Assembly (NCBI GenBank): GCA_964559755.1
Contig: CAZLHP010000003.1
Span: 10,465-74,464 of the forward strand
DNA: 64,000 bases
Origin: an uncultured Candidatus Saccharibacteria bacterium
GTDB taxonomy: Bacteria > Patescibacteriota > Minisyncoccia > Phycocordibacterales > UBA6065
Direction of reading: 5' to 3'
Shown here piece after piece: positions 37,393 to 47,489 of the stretch. The notes beneath the pieces are model-generated. The model was not told the origin of the DNA. It made no database searches and saw only the letters and a list, made by a program, of their open reading frames with translations. Each line of letters starts with the position of its first letter. The stretch's first letter is position 1. The translations under genes were made by a program, and so were the position numbers.

Positions 37393-37845
37393 AGTGAGCC
37401 CCACCGCAATCGCGTCGTATTCGTCGTCGTATTCTATTTCCTTGGTGATTACTACAAGTTTTGGAATCATAGAGATGATGTGTTCCTTGTCGCTTTTTCC
37501 ATAACCAGTCACTGCAACTTTTATTTGTCCTGGTCCGTATTCAAAAACAGGCAGAGAGTGTGCTGCGGCTTGAAAGAGTATAACGCCTCGCGCTTCCGCT
37601 ACGAGTAACGCGGTTTTTTGGTTTGTGCTAAAAAAGAGAGATTCAATCGCCAGAGCGTCTGGTTTGTGCTCAGCTATTATTTTTTCAATTTCTTTTCCTA
37701 TGAGACAAAGTCTTTCGCCGTGTGAAAGTTTTGTTGAAGTTTTAAAACATTCAGAAAAGAGCACTTTTTCTTTGGTGCTTTTTTGTTTTTCAATAATAGC
37801 GATCCCAAGACGTTCATAACCAGGATCGATTGAGATGAGTTTCAT
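37369..37845 (-). CDS. ruvC: Holliday junction resolvase RuvC
   Basis: MKLISIDPGYERLGIAII... RNase H-fold catalytic pattern. Confidence 0.85.
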   Translation of the reverse strand: MKLISIDPGYERLGIAIIEKQKSTKEKVLFSECFKTSTKLSHGERLCLIGKEIEKIIAEHKPDALAIESLFFSTNQKTALLVAEARGVILFQAAAHSLPVFEYGPGQIKVAVTGYGKSDKEHIISMIPKLVVITKEIEYDDEYDAIAVGLTCFASERF

Positions 37846-37853
37846 AACGATTT

Positions 37854-38381
37854 TTATTCTACATTCGTGAAAATCTCCTGTACTTCGTCATTGTTTTCGA
37901 GATCATCAACGAGTTTTTCTAGAATAGCGAGATCTGCATCCTCGAGAGACACAGTCGAGGTCGCTATCCATTCAGCACCTTTTTTTTCAAATGCCCATGA
38001 TGCCGAGCCGGGTGAGGCGAGAGAGAAGCCGTTATCAGAGAGTATGTGTTTTACTTCTTGAGCAGCTTTATTTTTGTTGGAGGTGAGAGCTTCGATGATT
38101 AAAGCACATCCTCCGGGCCCGTATGACTCGTAGGTGATTGTTTCAAGTCCTTGTGCACTCTCGGTAGCTTTCTTGATTGCACGTTCAATTGCATCGTTCG
38201 GCATATTAACTCCGCGGGCACGTTCAATTGCTGTGCGCACTCCTGCGGCATCTTTGTTTCCTTTTGCTTTTCGCACCTCATCAGTAATAAGACGTGAGAA
38301 TTTTGAGAACTGTTTTGATTTTTGTGCGTCTGTCTTAGCTTTTTTGTGTTTTATTTGTGACCATTTGTTATGTCCTGCCAT
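37854..38381 (-). CDS. yebC: YebC/PmpR-family transcriptional regulator (short form)
   Basis: MAGHNKWSQIKHKKAKTDAQKSKQFSKFSRLI...; conserved ruvC-yebC-ruvB neighbourhood. Confidence 0.8.
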   Translation of the reverse strand: MAGHNKWSQIKHKKAKTDAQKSKQFSKFSRLITDEVRKAKGNKDAAGVRTAIERARGVNMPNDAIERAIKKATESAQGLETITYESYGPGGCALIIEALTSNKNKAAQEVKHILSDNGFSLASPGSASWAFEKKGAEWIATSTVSLEDADLAILEKLVDDLENNDEVQEIFTNVE

Positions 38382-38421
38382 AGTAAGTGAGAATTATGAA
38401 TGTGGTATAGAGTACATTTTT

Positions 38422-39462
38422 CTATAACCCTAAACCGTTTTTAATGTTTAAATGTTCATACCCTTTTGTTGTAACAGTGCGCCCTCGAGGAGTTCTCTCT
38501 ATGAGACCTAGCTGGAGGAGATAGGGTTCGTGAACCTCCTCAATAGTCTCTTGTTCCTCAGAGAGGGAAGCGGCAAGAGTATTTAATCCCACAGGGCCAC
38601 CTCCAAATTTATCAATAATCGTTTTGAGTAAATCCCTGTCCGCATGTGTTAGTCCTAAAGCATCGATTCCAAGCATGGAGAGTGTTTTTTCAACGGTCGT
38701 TTTCGATACGGTTGTTTTTTCTACTTGGGCGAGATCTCGCACTCTTTTGAGTAGGTAGTTTGCTGTACGAGGTGTAAAACGTGATCGTTTCGCGATTTCC
38801 TCTGCGGGCTCACCATCGATAGCGATACCGAGAATCTTTGCGGAACGATTGAGAATGTCTTCTATTTCTTTGTGTGTGTAGAATTCAAGTTTAAAGACGC
38901 CTCCAGAGAAACGAGACCGTAGCGGAGAGGAGAGCATTGCTATGCGTGTTGTGGCGGCAATGAGTGTAAAAGGTGGTAAGTCGAGTTGTATTGTTCGCGC
39001 TGAAGGTCCTTTTCCTATAATAATGTCGAGCGTCCCTGATTCCATTGCAGGGTAGAGCACTTCTTCTATTGTTTTGTTGAGGCGGTGAATTTCATCGATA
39101 AAGAGAATATCCCCCGATGAGAGGTTTGTGAGTATCGAAGCCAAGTCTCCAATTTTCTCAATGGCAGGGCCAGAGGTTGCTTTTATTTGAGCGCCTGTTT
39201 CTTTTGCTATGAGATGTGCTAGTGTTGTCTTTCCCAAGCCTGGAGGGCCATAAAAGAGTATGTGTTCGGGCGGGTGATTTCGTTCTCGTGCGGCAGTGAG
39301 GAGTACGTGGAGGTTGTCTTTTATGTTCTTTTGACCAATGTACTCTTTCCAGGATGACGGCCTCAAGGTTTGGTCGAGAAACAATACATCAGCCTCTCCG
39401 ACATTTTTTGTCTGAGCCTTTGATGGGGGTGTGTTTGGAGAGGGGGAGGGGGTACTTGACAT
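38422..39462 (-). CDS. ruvB: Holliday junction branch-migration ATPase RuvB
   Basis: Walker A GPPGLGKTTLA, sensor motifs, C-terminal winged helix. Confidence 0.9.
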   Translation of the reverse strand: MSSTPSPSPNTPPSKAQTKNVGEADVLFLDQTLRPSSWKEYIGQKNIKDNLHVLLTAARERNHPPEHILFYGPPGLGKTTLAHLIAKETGAQIKATSGPAIEKIGDLASILTNLSSGDILFIDEIHRLNKTIEEVLYPAMESGTLDIIIGKGPSARTIQLDLPPFTLIAATTRIAMLSSPLRSRFSGGVFKLEFYTHKEIEDILNRSAKILGIAIDGEPAEEIAKRSRFTPRTANYLLKRVRDLAQVEKTTVSKTTVEKTLSMLGIDALGLTHADRDLLKTIIDKFGGGPVGLNTLAASLSEEQETIEEVHEPYLLQLGLIERTPRGRTVTTKGYEHLNIKNGLGL

Positions 39463-39685
39463 TTGGAATGGTTTGTGCTAGTCTATCTATGTACAGCTCA
39501 CGTGAGCTTTTTCTTTTCCAGAGTATAAATCTCTAAGCAATTAGACCTTACGGTTTACTAGCGTAACTTTTGAGGACGTTCTGGTTGTCTGCTTCGGCAT
39601 TCTTGCTGGTGCTATCCTTGGAACTACGCTTAACTTAACGGGCAACGTTCAAGTATTGCTTGGAGATTTATCTTCTGGAACCGAA

Positions 39686-39715
39686 ATTCCCCGAGAGGGG
39701 ATTTTCTTTTGCTTC
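39686..39715 (+). terminator. Plus-strand-specific terminator-like hairpin between minus-strand genes
   Basis: cccc-gaga-gggg then attttctttt; implies a short plus-strand transcript (see findings). Confidence 0.4.
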
Positions 39716-39810
39716 TTTAAAAATGGTACTCCTTGAGAGTGGTGTTTGCAATACAAAAAAGGCTTAGGAACACATAAAAAGCCTTTAGAAAAGTCTTTAC
39801 TTTTCCAAGA

Positions 39811-40179
39811 TTATTTGTGTGGAGTTTGTTTTTGAGCGCGGGCGTATTCTTGTTGAAACTGAGACAGCTCGTGATGATGTTTTTCGCTCTCTTTTTTGAG
39901 TTGAGCAAGCTCGGTTTCTGATTTTCTCAGTGTATTTTCGTTTTTTACCACCAAGCGTTCTGCTTCGAGCTTTTGCGCTTTGATTTTCTCTATCTCGGTT
40001 TGCTTCTGGTGTATTTCTGCATCACTTGTTTTGATAGTGTTCCTCTCTTTGAGTATTTCTGCGTTTAGTCGTTGTACCTCAGCTTCTTTTTCGTGAAGTT
40101 CGCGCTCACTTGTTGCCATCTCTATCTTGAGACGTTCCAATGCATCAGAAATGGATTGTATATCGTTGTGTGTATTCAT
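39811..40179 (-). CDS. Coiled-coil hypothetical protein
   Basis: ORF; heptad-rich; sits directly upstream of the GspE/PilB ATPase. Confidence 0.4.
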   Translation of the reverse strand: MNTHNDIQSISDALERLKIEMATSERELHEKEAEVQRLNAEILKERNTIKTSDAEIHQKQTEIEKIKAQKLEAERLVVKNENTLRKSETELAQLKKESEKHHHELSQFQQEYARAQKQTPHK

Positions 40180-40180
40180 T

Positions 40181-41854
40181 TTATTTTAAGTCTATAACTC
40201 GTTCGAGCTCTTCTAAGGACGTTGTTCCGCTCAGTACTTTTATAATACCGTCCTGAGACATGGTGAGGATGCCTTGAGTAGAGGCAGCTTTTTGTATGTC
40301 AGCCTCACTTGTGCTGTACTCTATTGCTTTGTTAATGTTTTCGTCTGTAAGTATTCCTTCGTAAATACCAACACGTCCTATGTAGCCAGTCATATGACAT
40401 TTTTCGCACCCAACCGGTTTAAAACGAGATGCGCGCTCCGCAGGTATTTCGTTTTTGTCAGTTATTGAGTTGAGGATGCTTTCTATTTTTGTTTTTTCTT
40501 CGGCGGTCATCTCAACTTTTTGTTTACAGTGCGGACAGAGCTTGCGCACGAGTCGTTGAGCAAGCGTTATGTTTATTGCAGACGAGATGATGCGCGGATT
40601 TACGCCGAGATCAATGAGGCGAGGGAAGGAGCCCGCTGCTGAGTTTGTGTGGAGTGTCGAGAACACGAGGTGTCCCGTGAGAGATGAGTTTACGGCGATT
40701 TGAGCGGTTTCGTTGTCGCGGATTTCTCCAATCATGATGACGTCGGGGTCCTGGCGAAGTGTTGAGCGGAGCCCTTCAGAAAAGGTGTAGTTTTTTTCGC
40801 TCTCGACCTGTGTTTGAACAATACCCGGGAGATGGTACTCAATAGGATCTTCGATGGTTATGATTTTTACATCAGGACTGTGAATTTTTTTGAGAAACGC
40901 GTAGAGCGTGGTCGTCTTTCCGGAACCTGTTGGTCCTGTGGTGAGAATCATTCCATTTGGCCGAGTTATTTGTTTGAGAATAACCGAGAGTAGTTTTTGT
41001 GGAATACCAAGCTCCTCGAGAGGTACTTGAATTGATTTCGGGTTGAGAATTCGAAGTACAATCGATTCACTATATGCTCCCGGTAGAATAGATGTACGGA
41101 TTTCGATATCGCCCTCGCTTATTTTTATACTGAAACGTCCGTCCTGTGCTTCTGATTTTACGTTGAGCTTGAGTCCAGAGAGGAGTTTGATACGAGAGAG
41201 GAGGAGGTTGTATGTTTCGAGGTCAAAATCAACGATGTTGGTGAGTACTCCATCGAGGCGGTAGCGGAGTCGTACGTACTTTTCCTCAGGTTCTATGTGT
41301 ATGTCAGATGCTTTTATAGAGAGAGCTCCCGAGAGAACAATTTCAAGTATTTTTGAAATACGGAGTCCTTTTTTGAGTTTGATTATTTCTCCGATAATTT
41401 TTTGAACATCCTCAATTGTTTTTACTTGTTCAATAAATGTAGAGAGATCGTGACTCGAGATATCGAAGGCACCAGCTTTTGATTCTGTTGAGAAAGACAG
41501 GTCGCTATAACGCGCCCATGCTTTTTCAAGGCTCGCTGTAGAGACCACAATAATAGTCACCTCAAAACCTTTTCGAGTAAGTCCGTCTACGAGTTCAGGT
41601 ATTTTTTCGTTTGTAGGAGAGGTGACTGCAAGCTTAACTTTTTTACCAACGAGACTTGTTGTTGCAACTTTTGCTTCGCGTGCTTCTTTTTCAGGAACAA
41701 GCCTGAGCGCATCCATGTTGATAGGGATGAGGGTGAGGTTTGCGTACTCAAGGCCATTTCTGTGGGCGACAATTTGAGCAAGATCCTCTTCTTCTTTTTT
41801 TCTAAATTCACCGAGCTTTTTGTCCTGTTTTTCTTCATCAAATGAGATAGTCAT
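40181..41854 (-). CDS. Type II secretion / type IV pilus assembly ATPase (GspE/PilB family)
   Basis: Walker A GPTGSGKTTTLYA, Asp/His boxes and the C-terminal tetracysteine CPHC...CEKC. Confidence 0.85.
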   Translation of the reverse strand: MTISFDEEKQDKKLGEFRKKEEEDLAQIVAHRNGLEYANLTLIPINMDALRLVPEKEAREAKVATTSLVGKKVKLAVTSPTNEKIPELVDGLTRKGFEVTIIVVSTASLEKAWARYSDLSFSTESKAGAFDISSHDLSTFIEQVKTIEDVQKIIGEIIKLKKGLRISKILEIVLSGALSIKASDIHIEPEEKYVRLRYRLDGVLTNIVDFDLETYNLLLSRIKLLSGLKLNVKSEAQDGRFSIKISEGDIEIRTSILPGAYSESIVLRILNPKSIQVPLEELGIPQKLLSVILKQITRPNGMILTTGPTGSGKTTTLYAFLKKIHSPDVKIITIEDPIEYHLPGIVQTQVESEKNYTFSEGLRSTLRQDPDVIMIGEIRDNETAQIAVNSSLTGHLVFSTLHTNSAAGSFPRLIDLGVNPRIISSAINITLAQRLVRKLCPHCKQKVEMTAEEKTKIESILNSITDKNEIPAERASRFKPVGCEKCHMTGYIGRVGIYEGILTDENINKAIEYSTSEADIQKAASTQGILTMSQDGIIKVLSGTTSLEELERVIDLK

Positions 41855-42018
41855 GGTGATAAGTATAAAGGATAAAGACCAAAGAGGTAAGGGTAAAGAG
41901 GGTGAAATAAGCCCTCTACAAGGCCTCGAGAGAGGGGATTGACAAAAGCCTATAATTTGGTATAATAGTAGAGTAACAGTATATACATGGTGTGTGTACT
42001 GAAAAAGGAGAACTTTCT

Positions 42019-42456
42019 ATGAAAACGGCTATCTTGTTCTTTGTCAGTCTCGTTTCGTTTTTCCTCTCTGGTTGTGTCGTTCTTCCGGGTCCGCGAGTTG
42101 TGGGACCGGTGTCCGCAAGTGTTTCAGCCCCAAGTGTTTCGATGGTCGGACCATCAAACAATCTCGTCGTGAATATGCTTTACGGCAGGTCGGGGTTGTT
42201 CGTAAAGAATAATTACCAAAAGTTTGTTTTGGTAATCAACACGAACAACGGTCAGTCTGTTCGGCTTGAAACCGGACAGAGTGCCCAAATCCTCACGATC
42301 GGTTTGACTAACGGTGACGAAATGTCTGCACAAGCAGACTTCTACACCAAAGACGGGACCTATGTGGGTTACGATGACTACACCACGCGAGTCTATTACA
42401 GGAATGGATCACCCTTCGTCAGAAGGTGGGAACCAAACCTAAGACAGGTTCGCTAA
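42019..42456 (+). CDS. Putative lipoprotein
   Basis: Signal peptide with the lipobox LSGC. Confidence 0.45.
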   Translation: MKTAILFFVSLVSFFLSGCVVLPGPRVVGPVSASVSAPSVSMVGPSNNLVVNMLYGRSGLFVKNNYQKFVLVINTNNGQSVRLETGQSAQILTIGLTNGDEMSAQADFYTKDGTYVGYDDYTTRVYYRNGSPFVRRWEPNLRQVR

Positions 42457-42535
42457 GCAAAAGAGGCTTCGATTATATCGAAGCCTCTTTTTTTGTGGGT
42501 TGTACGCAGGGAGCATTCTGGTCTAGTATGAATAT

Positions 42536-42970
42536 ATGACATCGCATAGTCCTTTAGAAACAAAAAAAATAGCGGAAGAGTTCGTTAATCGCCTCATTTC
42601 TGGCGCTAAAAACAGCGGTGCAACCGTTCTGTGCCTCTATGGCGACTTGGGTTCAGGTAAAACAACATTTACTCAACATCTCGCATCTACTCTTGGTATA
42701 GAGGATCATGTTGTGAGCCCAACATTCATTATCATGAAAAGCTATGAGCTAAAAACCAAAAGCTGGAAGCTTCTCTATCATATCGATGCGTACCGTCTCG
42801 ATGGGGAAGAGGGTATGGAAAAACTTGGTTGGAAGGAGATAATTGAAAATCCGGAAAATCTTGTTGTTGTTGAGTGGCCTCAGCGTATAGAAAAAATCCT
42901 GCCCAGAGAATACACGCGTATCAATTTTACGTTTATAGACGATGTGACACGCGAAATTACTTTTTCTTAA
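42536..42970 (+). CDS. tsaE: tRNA threonylcarbamoyladenosine biosynthesis protein TsaE
   Basis: LYGDLGSGKTTFTQHLASTLGIEDHVVSPTFIIM. Confidence 0.8.
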   Translation: MTSHSPLETKKIAEEFVNRLISGAKNSGATVLCLYGDLGSGKTTFTQHLASTLGIEDHVVSPTFIIMKSYELKTKSWKLLYHIDAYRLDGEEGMEKLGWKEIIENPENLVVVEWPQRIEKILPREYTRINFTFIDDVTREITFS

Positions 42971-42991
42971 TCCTCCTTTTCTTTTTGAGGT

Positions 42992-45400
42992 ATGATAGAA
43001 GGAATGACTTCTCCCGGAAAAAACAAAAGACTCGTTCTCCTTGATTCTCACGCGATACTTCATCGTGCGTATCATGCGTTGCCGGATTTTGCTTCAAGCC
43101 AAGGTGTTCCTACTGGCGCACTTTACGGCCTCTCGACAATGCTTATTGGAATTATTGATGATTTAAAGCCTGATTACATTGTGGCGTGTTTTGACCTGCC
43201 TAAACCAACTCATAGACACGAGGCATACAAAGAGTACAAGGCTGGCCGTGCAAAAACAGATGAAAACCTTGTTTTGCAAATAAAACGATCTCGTGATGTT
43301 TTCTCTGCATTCGGTATTCCGCTCTACGACAAAGAGGGGTTTGAGGCCGATGATATTTTAGGAACAATCGTTGAGAACTTAAAAAGTAGACCAGATATTG
43401 AAATTATTGTTGCGTCGGGTGATATGGACACATTACAGCTTGTTTCATCAAAAAAGGTTCAGGTGTATACGATGAAAAAGGGGATCAAAGACACCATACT
43501 CTATGACGAAGACGCGGTGATGGAACGTTTTGGTTTTGGGCCGGAACTTTTGCCTGACTACAAAGGTCTCCGAGGTGACCCATCAGACAATATTATTGGC
43601 ATCAAAGGTATTGGTGAAAAAACAGCGACTATTCTTATAAAAGAGTTTGGCACCATTGAGAATATGTACGAGAAGCTCAAGGAGTCAGGTTTTAGGTGTC
43701 AGCTTTCAGGAATAACCCCGCGAATCCTAGAGCTTATCAAAAACGGCGAAGAGGAGGCTCTGTTTTCAAAAATGCTTGCGACTATTCGGCGAGACGCACC
43801 TATTAATTTTCAGTTGCCTGAAAAAACATGGAAAGAAGCTTTTGATCCCAACAAAACCAACGCCCTTTTCACAGAGCTTGAGTTTCGAACATTAGGAACA
43901 CGTCTCAAGGGAGTAGTATCTGGTACTCCTCTCGCTTCTTCAGAGGAAAAGGAGGTGGTGGTTAATCGTAGTGATGTGTCTTCCGTTGATCCTAAGGAAT
44001 TTGAAGAAACAGCAATTGCACTATGGCTTGTTACTTCGTCTGTAACAAATCCCACCATGGAGGATATTCTCAACTTTGCTCACACGGATACTTTTTCGCA
44101 GGCGCGTGAAGTTATTTTTGCTGAGCTTGAAAAGAGAAAACTCATGTCTGTTTTTGAAACAATAGAAAAACCGCTTTTGCCCATTGTCCGAAAAATGGAT
44201 GAGAGGGGAGTGAGAGTAGATGTTGAGTATTTAAAAAAGTTAGGAAAAGAGTACCACGCGCAGTTGGACACGCTTGAAAAAAGCATTTGGAAGATGGCAG
44301 GGAAAGAGTTCAATGTCGCATCACCAAAACAACTCGGCGAAGTTTTGTTTACTGATTTAGGACTCAAGGCAAAAAACCAAAAGAAGACCGGCACGGGCGC
44401 ACTGTCTACAAAAGAGTCTGAACTGGAGAAGCTCAGAGAGGCGCATCCTATCATTGGTGAAATAATAAAATACCGTGAATTAGCAAAGCTTTTAGGTACA
44501 TATATAGATACTATTCCTGATCAGGTGGACGGCTCGGGACGTTTGCATGCTCATTTTTTGCAAGCGGGCACTACCACAGGACGTATGTCTTCTGAAAATC
44601 CAAATCTTCAGAATATTCCAAACAAGACAGAGCTCGGTCGTGCAATACGCAGGGCATTTATTGCAGACAAAGATTATACACTCCTTGCTCTCGATTACTC
44701 ACAGATAGAGTTACGCATTGCTGCGTTTTTATCTAAAGATGAAAAACTTATCGATATATTCAAAACAGGCAAGGATGTTCACTCTGCTGTAGCTTCTCAG
44801 GTTTTTGGCGTTGCCGAAACAGAAGTGACAAAAACTATGCGTAGTCAGGCAAAAGTTATCAATTTCGGTATTTTGTACGGCATGGGCGTGAACGCTCTCA
44901 AGGCAAATCTCGGCACAAGCAGAGATGATGCTCAAAAGTTTTATAATGACTACTTTGCAAAGTTTAGTACCTTGGCGTCGTACCTCGATCGGGTAAAGGC
45001 AGAGGCTTCTCGACAAGGTTATGTTGAAACGTTCTTTGGTCGCAGGAGATATTTCGAAGGCATCAACTCAAAACTTCCTTTTATTCGTGCGGCAGCGGAG
45101 CGTATGGCGATCAATGCGCCTATTCAGGGCACCGAAGCCGACATTGTAAAACTCGCAATGATCCGCATCGAAGATTTTTTGAATTCAAAAAAACTTACAG
45201 ACAAGGTACACCTTATCCTTCAGGTTCATGACGAGCTTGTGTATGAGGTTAAAAAAAGTGAAGTAAAAAATGTGGTGTCTGATTTCAAAAAAATTATGGA
45301 AAGCATTATTGATCCAAAAGATATTTTTGGAATTACCTGTGTAGCAGAGGCAAAGGTGGGGGATAATTGGGAAGAGATGGAGAAGATACCTAGTAACTAG
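42992..45400 (+). CDS. polA: DNA polymerase I (5'-3' exonuclease plus polymerase domains)
   Basis: FEN-like N-terminal domain; polymerase motifs A, B (RRxAKxxNFGxxYG) and C (QVHDELVYEV). Confidence 0.9.
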   Translation: MIEGMTSPGKNKRLVLLDSHAILHRAYHALPDFASSQGVPTGALYGLSTMLIGIIDDLKPDYIVACFDLPKPTHRHEAYKEYKAGRAKTDENLVLQIKRSRDVFSAFGIPLYDKEGFEADDILGTIVENLKSRPDIEIIVASGDMDTLQLVSSKKVQVYTMKKGIKDTILYDEDAVMERFGFGPELLPDYKGLRGDPSDNIIGIKGIGEKTATILIKEFGTIENMYEKLKESGFRCQLSGITPRILELIKNGEEEALFSKMLATIRRDAPINFQLPEKTWKEAFDPNKTNALFTELEFRTLGTRLKGVVSGTPLASSEEKEVVVNRSDVSSVDPKEFEETAIALWLVTSSVTNPTMEDILNFAHTDTFSQAREVIFAELEKRKLMSVFETIEKPLLPIVRKMDERGVRVDVEYLKKLGKEYHAQLDTLEKSIWKMAGKEFNVASPKQLGEVLFTDLGLKAKNQKKTGTGALSTKESELEKLREAHPIIGEIIKYRELAKLLGTYIDTIPDQVDGSGRLHAHFLQAGTTTGRMSSENPNLQNIPNKTELGRAIRRAFIADKDYTLLALDYSQIELRIAAFLSKDEKLIDIFKTGKDVHSAVASQVFGVAETEVTKTMRSQAKVINFGILYGMGVNALKANLGTSRDDAQKFYNDYFAKFSTLASYLDRVKAEASRQGYVETFFGRRRYFEGINSKLPFIRAAAERMAINAPIQGTEADIVKLAMIRIEDFLNSKKLTDKVHLILQVHDELVYEVKKSEVKNVVSDFKKIMESIIDPKDIFGITCVAEAKVGDNWEEMEKIPSN

Positions 45401-45488
45401 GTATGGTTAACTTTTAACCAAGCAAAAGAATTTTTCTTTTCTCTCAGACGGGTTAAGAGTAAACTGTTATAAGTCATTAGTTTATCCT

Positions 45489-46202
45489 ATGTTTTATTTT
45501 ATTTACGGAAACAACAAAGAGAAAACAAGGAGCAAGGCTCACGAATTGCTCGATATTATGAAGGGAAAACGCCCACAGTCTGCTTTTGTTCATGTGGACT
45601 CTGATTCGTTTTCTCCTGCGCTTGTTGATGAATTGTCGGGTAGCCAGGGTTTGTTTGATCACAAGAGTATTGTTTTTCTCGATGGTGTGATGGCAGACGC
45701 AGAGAGTAGAGATGTGCTTTTAGGCAAGGTATGTGAACTCAAAGAGTCAGATAATGCTTTTGTACTACTTGAAACGAGTGCGACAAAAGAAGTTTTGAAA
45801 AAAATAGAAAAGGGCGCCGAAAAAGTTTTTGTATTTGAAGATGAGAAAGTAAAAAAAGAAAGTTCGAGTTTGTTTTCGCTTGCAGATGCTTTGGGCAGGA
45901 GAGATAGAAAGGCTCTGTGGATGGGGGTGGTGAGCGCTTTCGAAAATGAAGTTGCTCCCGAAGAGTTGCACGGAATATTGTTTTGGCAGGTAAAAAGTAT
46001 GATTCTCGCGACGCTCACAAAAAAAGCCGAAGAGGCAGGACTCAATCCGTATGTTTTTACAAAGTCTCAGGGTTTTGCACGAAATTTTAAAAATGATGAG
46101 TTGCTTTCTTTGTCCGCAGAGTTGGTAGATATGTACCATGACGCCCATCGGGGAAAGCGTAATTTTAAATTAGCCCTCGAGCAGTTTGCTTTAGGTGTTT
46201 AA
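45489..46202 (+). CDS. holA: DNA polymerase III delta subunit-like (short)
   Basis: 237 aa; holA-like N-terminal pattern; weak call. Confidence 0.45.
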   Translation: MFYFIYGNNKEKTRSKAHELLDIMKGKRPQSAFVHVDSDSFSPALVDELSGSQGLFDHKSIVFLDGVMADAESRDVLLGKVCELKESDNAFVLLETSATKEVLKKIEKGAEKVFVFEDEKVKKESSSLFSLADALGRRDRKALWMGVVSAFENEVAPEELHGILFWQVKSMILATLTKKAEEAGLNPYVFTKSQGFARNFKNDELLSLSAELVDMYHDAHRGKRNFKLALEQFALGV

Positions 46203-46238
46203 AAAACCACGCTACTGGAGCGTGGTTTTCTCTAGCTC
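46182..46238 (+). repeat. Left copy of a perfect 57 bp direct repeat (last 21 nt of holA plus its terminator hairpin); the right copy is at 49470-49526
   Basis: cagtttgctttaggtgtttaaaaaaccacgctactggagcgtggttttctctagctc is identical at both positions. Confidence 0.8.
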
Positions 46239-46255
46239 AAAATATGTAAAAAATT

Positions 46256-46360
46256 CCCTCTGCATTTATACGGACTTGGGACCGTTTCTTTCTTGCGAAA
46301 GAAGTTGCATTACATTGTGCGAATTTTATGGTTATACTCGCAAACCCCTGAATAATCAGG
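46256..46360 (+). repeat. Roughly 100 nt repeat family: copy 1 (copy 2 at 47141-47245 is near-identical; a degenerate copy 3 is at 47959-48030)
   Basis: ccctctgcatttatacggacttgggaccgtttctttcttgcgaaagaagttgcattacattgtgcgaattttatggttatactcgcaaacccc; its internal hairpin tctttc-ttgc-gaaaga is replaced in copy 3 by the compensatory ttctct-gttta-agagaa. Confidence 0.7.
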
Positions 46361-46363
46361 GTA

Positions 46364-46705
46364 TTACTCCACAAGGTGCACAGTTCTGTACGTGCGGAAT
46401 GTATCGATCCTGGTGTTAACTAGGACCCCCTCTTTGTCAAAAGAGTCGATTTTGTCGTAATAAACGACAACCTCAACCTTGTCACCCTCCGTGGCTTTCT
46501 CCTCTTTGCCTCTATAGCTGACCACTTTTTCTGAAGGAGGCACCCGGACCGACCAGGTGTACGATCCGTCTTTTTCCGGCCGAACTTGGGTGATGATTCC
46601 AGGGAATTCCTGGTGTTCTGTGGTGCGGACCCACTTTACCTCCCTCGAACAACCACACAGAGCAATAATCGCGACGCCTACTAATAACAAGATGAATTTC
46701 TTCAT
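46364..46705 (-). CDS. Lipoprotein (113 aa)
   Basis: Signal peptide with the lipobox ALCGC. Confidence 0.5.
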   Translation of the reverse strand: MKKFILLLVGVAIIALCGCSREVKWVRTTEHQEFPGIITQVRPEKDGSYTWSVRVPPSEKVVSYRGKEEKATEGDKVEVVVYYDKIDSFDKEGVLVNTRIDTFRTYRTVHLVE

Positions 46706-46763
46706 GTTTAAATTCCTTCCTCAACTCTTGTGTCATCTCAACATGAGACGCTTAGCAAAAGTT

Positions 46764-46828
46764 TTCGGTTTCGGAAGTGAGTGCGTATAGCACGGTTGCG
46801 CGCTCGCTTCCGAAACCGAATTGTTTTT
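46764..46828 (+). other. 22 bp-arm inverted repeat (20/22 matches) followed by ttgttttt: a very stable terminator-like hairpin
   Basis: ttcggtttcggaagtgagtgcg ... cgcgctcgcttccgaaaccgaa. Confidence 0.5.
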
Positions 46829-46830
46829 AC

Positions 46831-46888
46831 AAAGAACTTCCGTTTCGTCCTTTTGGACTCATCAGTCGGAATACACATTCCGAGACAG
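46831..46888 (+). repeat. 58 nt repeat family: copy 1 (copy 2 at 47539-47597, about 90% identical)
   Basis: aaagaacttccgtttcgtccttttggactcatcagtcggaatacacattccgagacag; contains the perfect hairpin cggaat-acac-attccg. Confidence 0.65.
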
Positions 46889-47246
46889 GGAGCGTTTTTA
46901 AAGAGAACGCTCAGGGAGCCATCTAGGCTCAAACTCTTTGAAATATAAGAGAGATCGTGGCTTCGATCTTTCGGCATCTCTTATTGCCGGCAATCTATCC
47001 ATTAGATAGTGGATTCAATTGCACATCTTTAGGTTAAGATGTTGCCGTCTTCTAGACGGTCTAAACCTGCGGGCAGTTTCTAATGTCTGCCTCACCACCT
47101 TTTCCCCTCTTCTTTCGAAGTGACTTCGGGGCGGGAAGTACCCTCTGCATTTATACGGACTTGGGACCGTTTCTTTCTTGCGAAAGAAGTTGCATTACAT
47201 TGTGCGAATTTTATGGTTATACTCGCAAACCCCGGAACGATCCAGA

Positions 47247-47489
47247 TTATTTTTTCTTGGCTGACCCTCCGAATCCTCGAAGTACTACACGAAGCCCTAT
47301 CACTATCACCAGTAGTACCACACCTGTTTCAACTACAGGCCACAGGGCACGCACCAAGTTAGAGACTGCGGTCTTTCCCATATCTGGGTTAAATGACAAG
47401 GCCACAGCTAAAAGGATGCCGAATGTCCACAAGGATCTCTTCGGTGTCCCGAACAAAAAAATCAACCACTGTCTAATGTACGAGTTCAT
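47247..47489 (-). CDS. Small two-TM membrane protein (80 aa) with a KKK tail
   Basis: ORF with two clear hydrophobic helices; competes with a plus-strand ORF that spans repeat copy 2. Confidence 0.35.
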   Translation of the reverse strand: MNSYIRQWLIFLFGTPKRSLWTFGILLAVALSFNPDMGKTAVSNLVRALWPVVETGVVLLVIVIGLRVVLRGFGGSAKKK

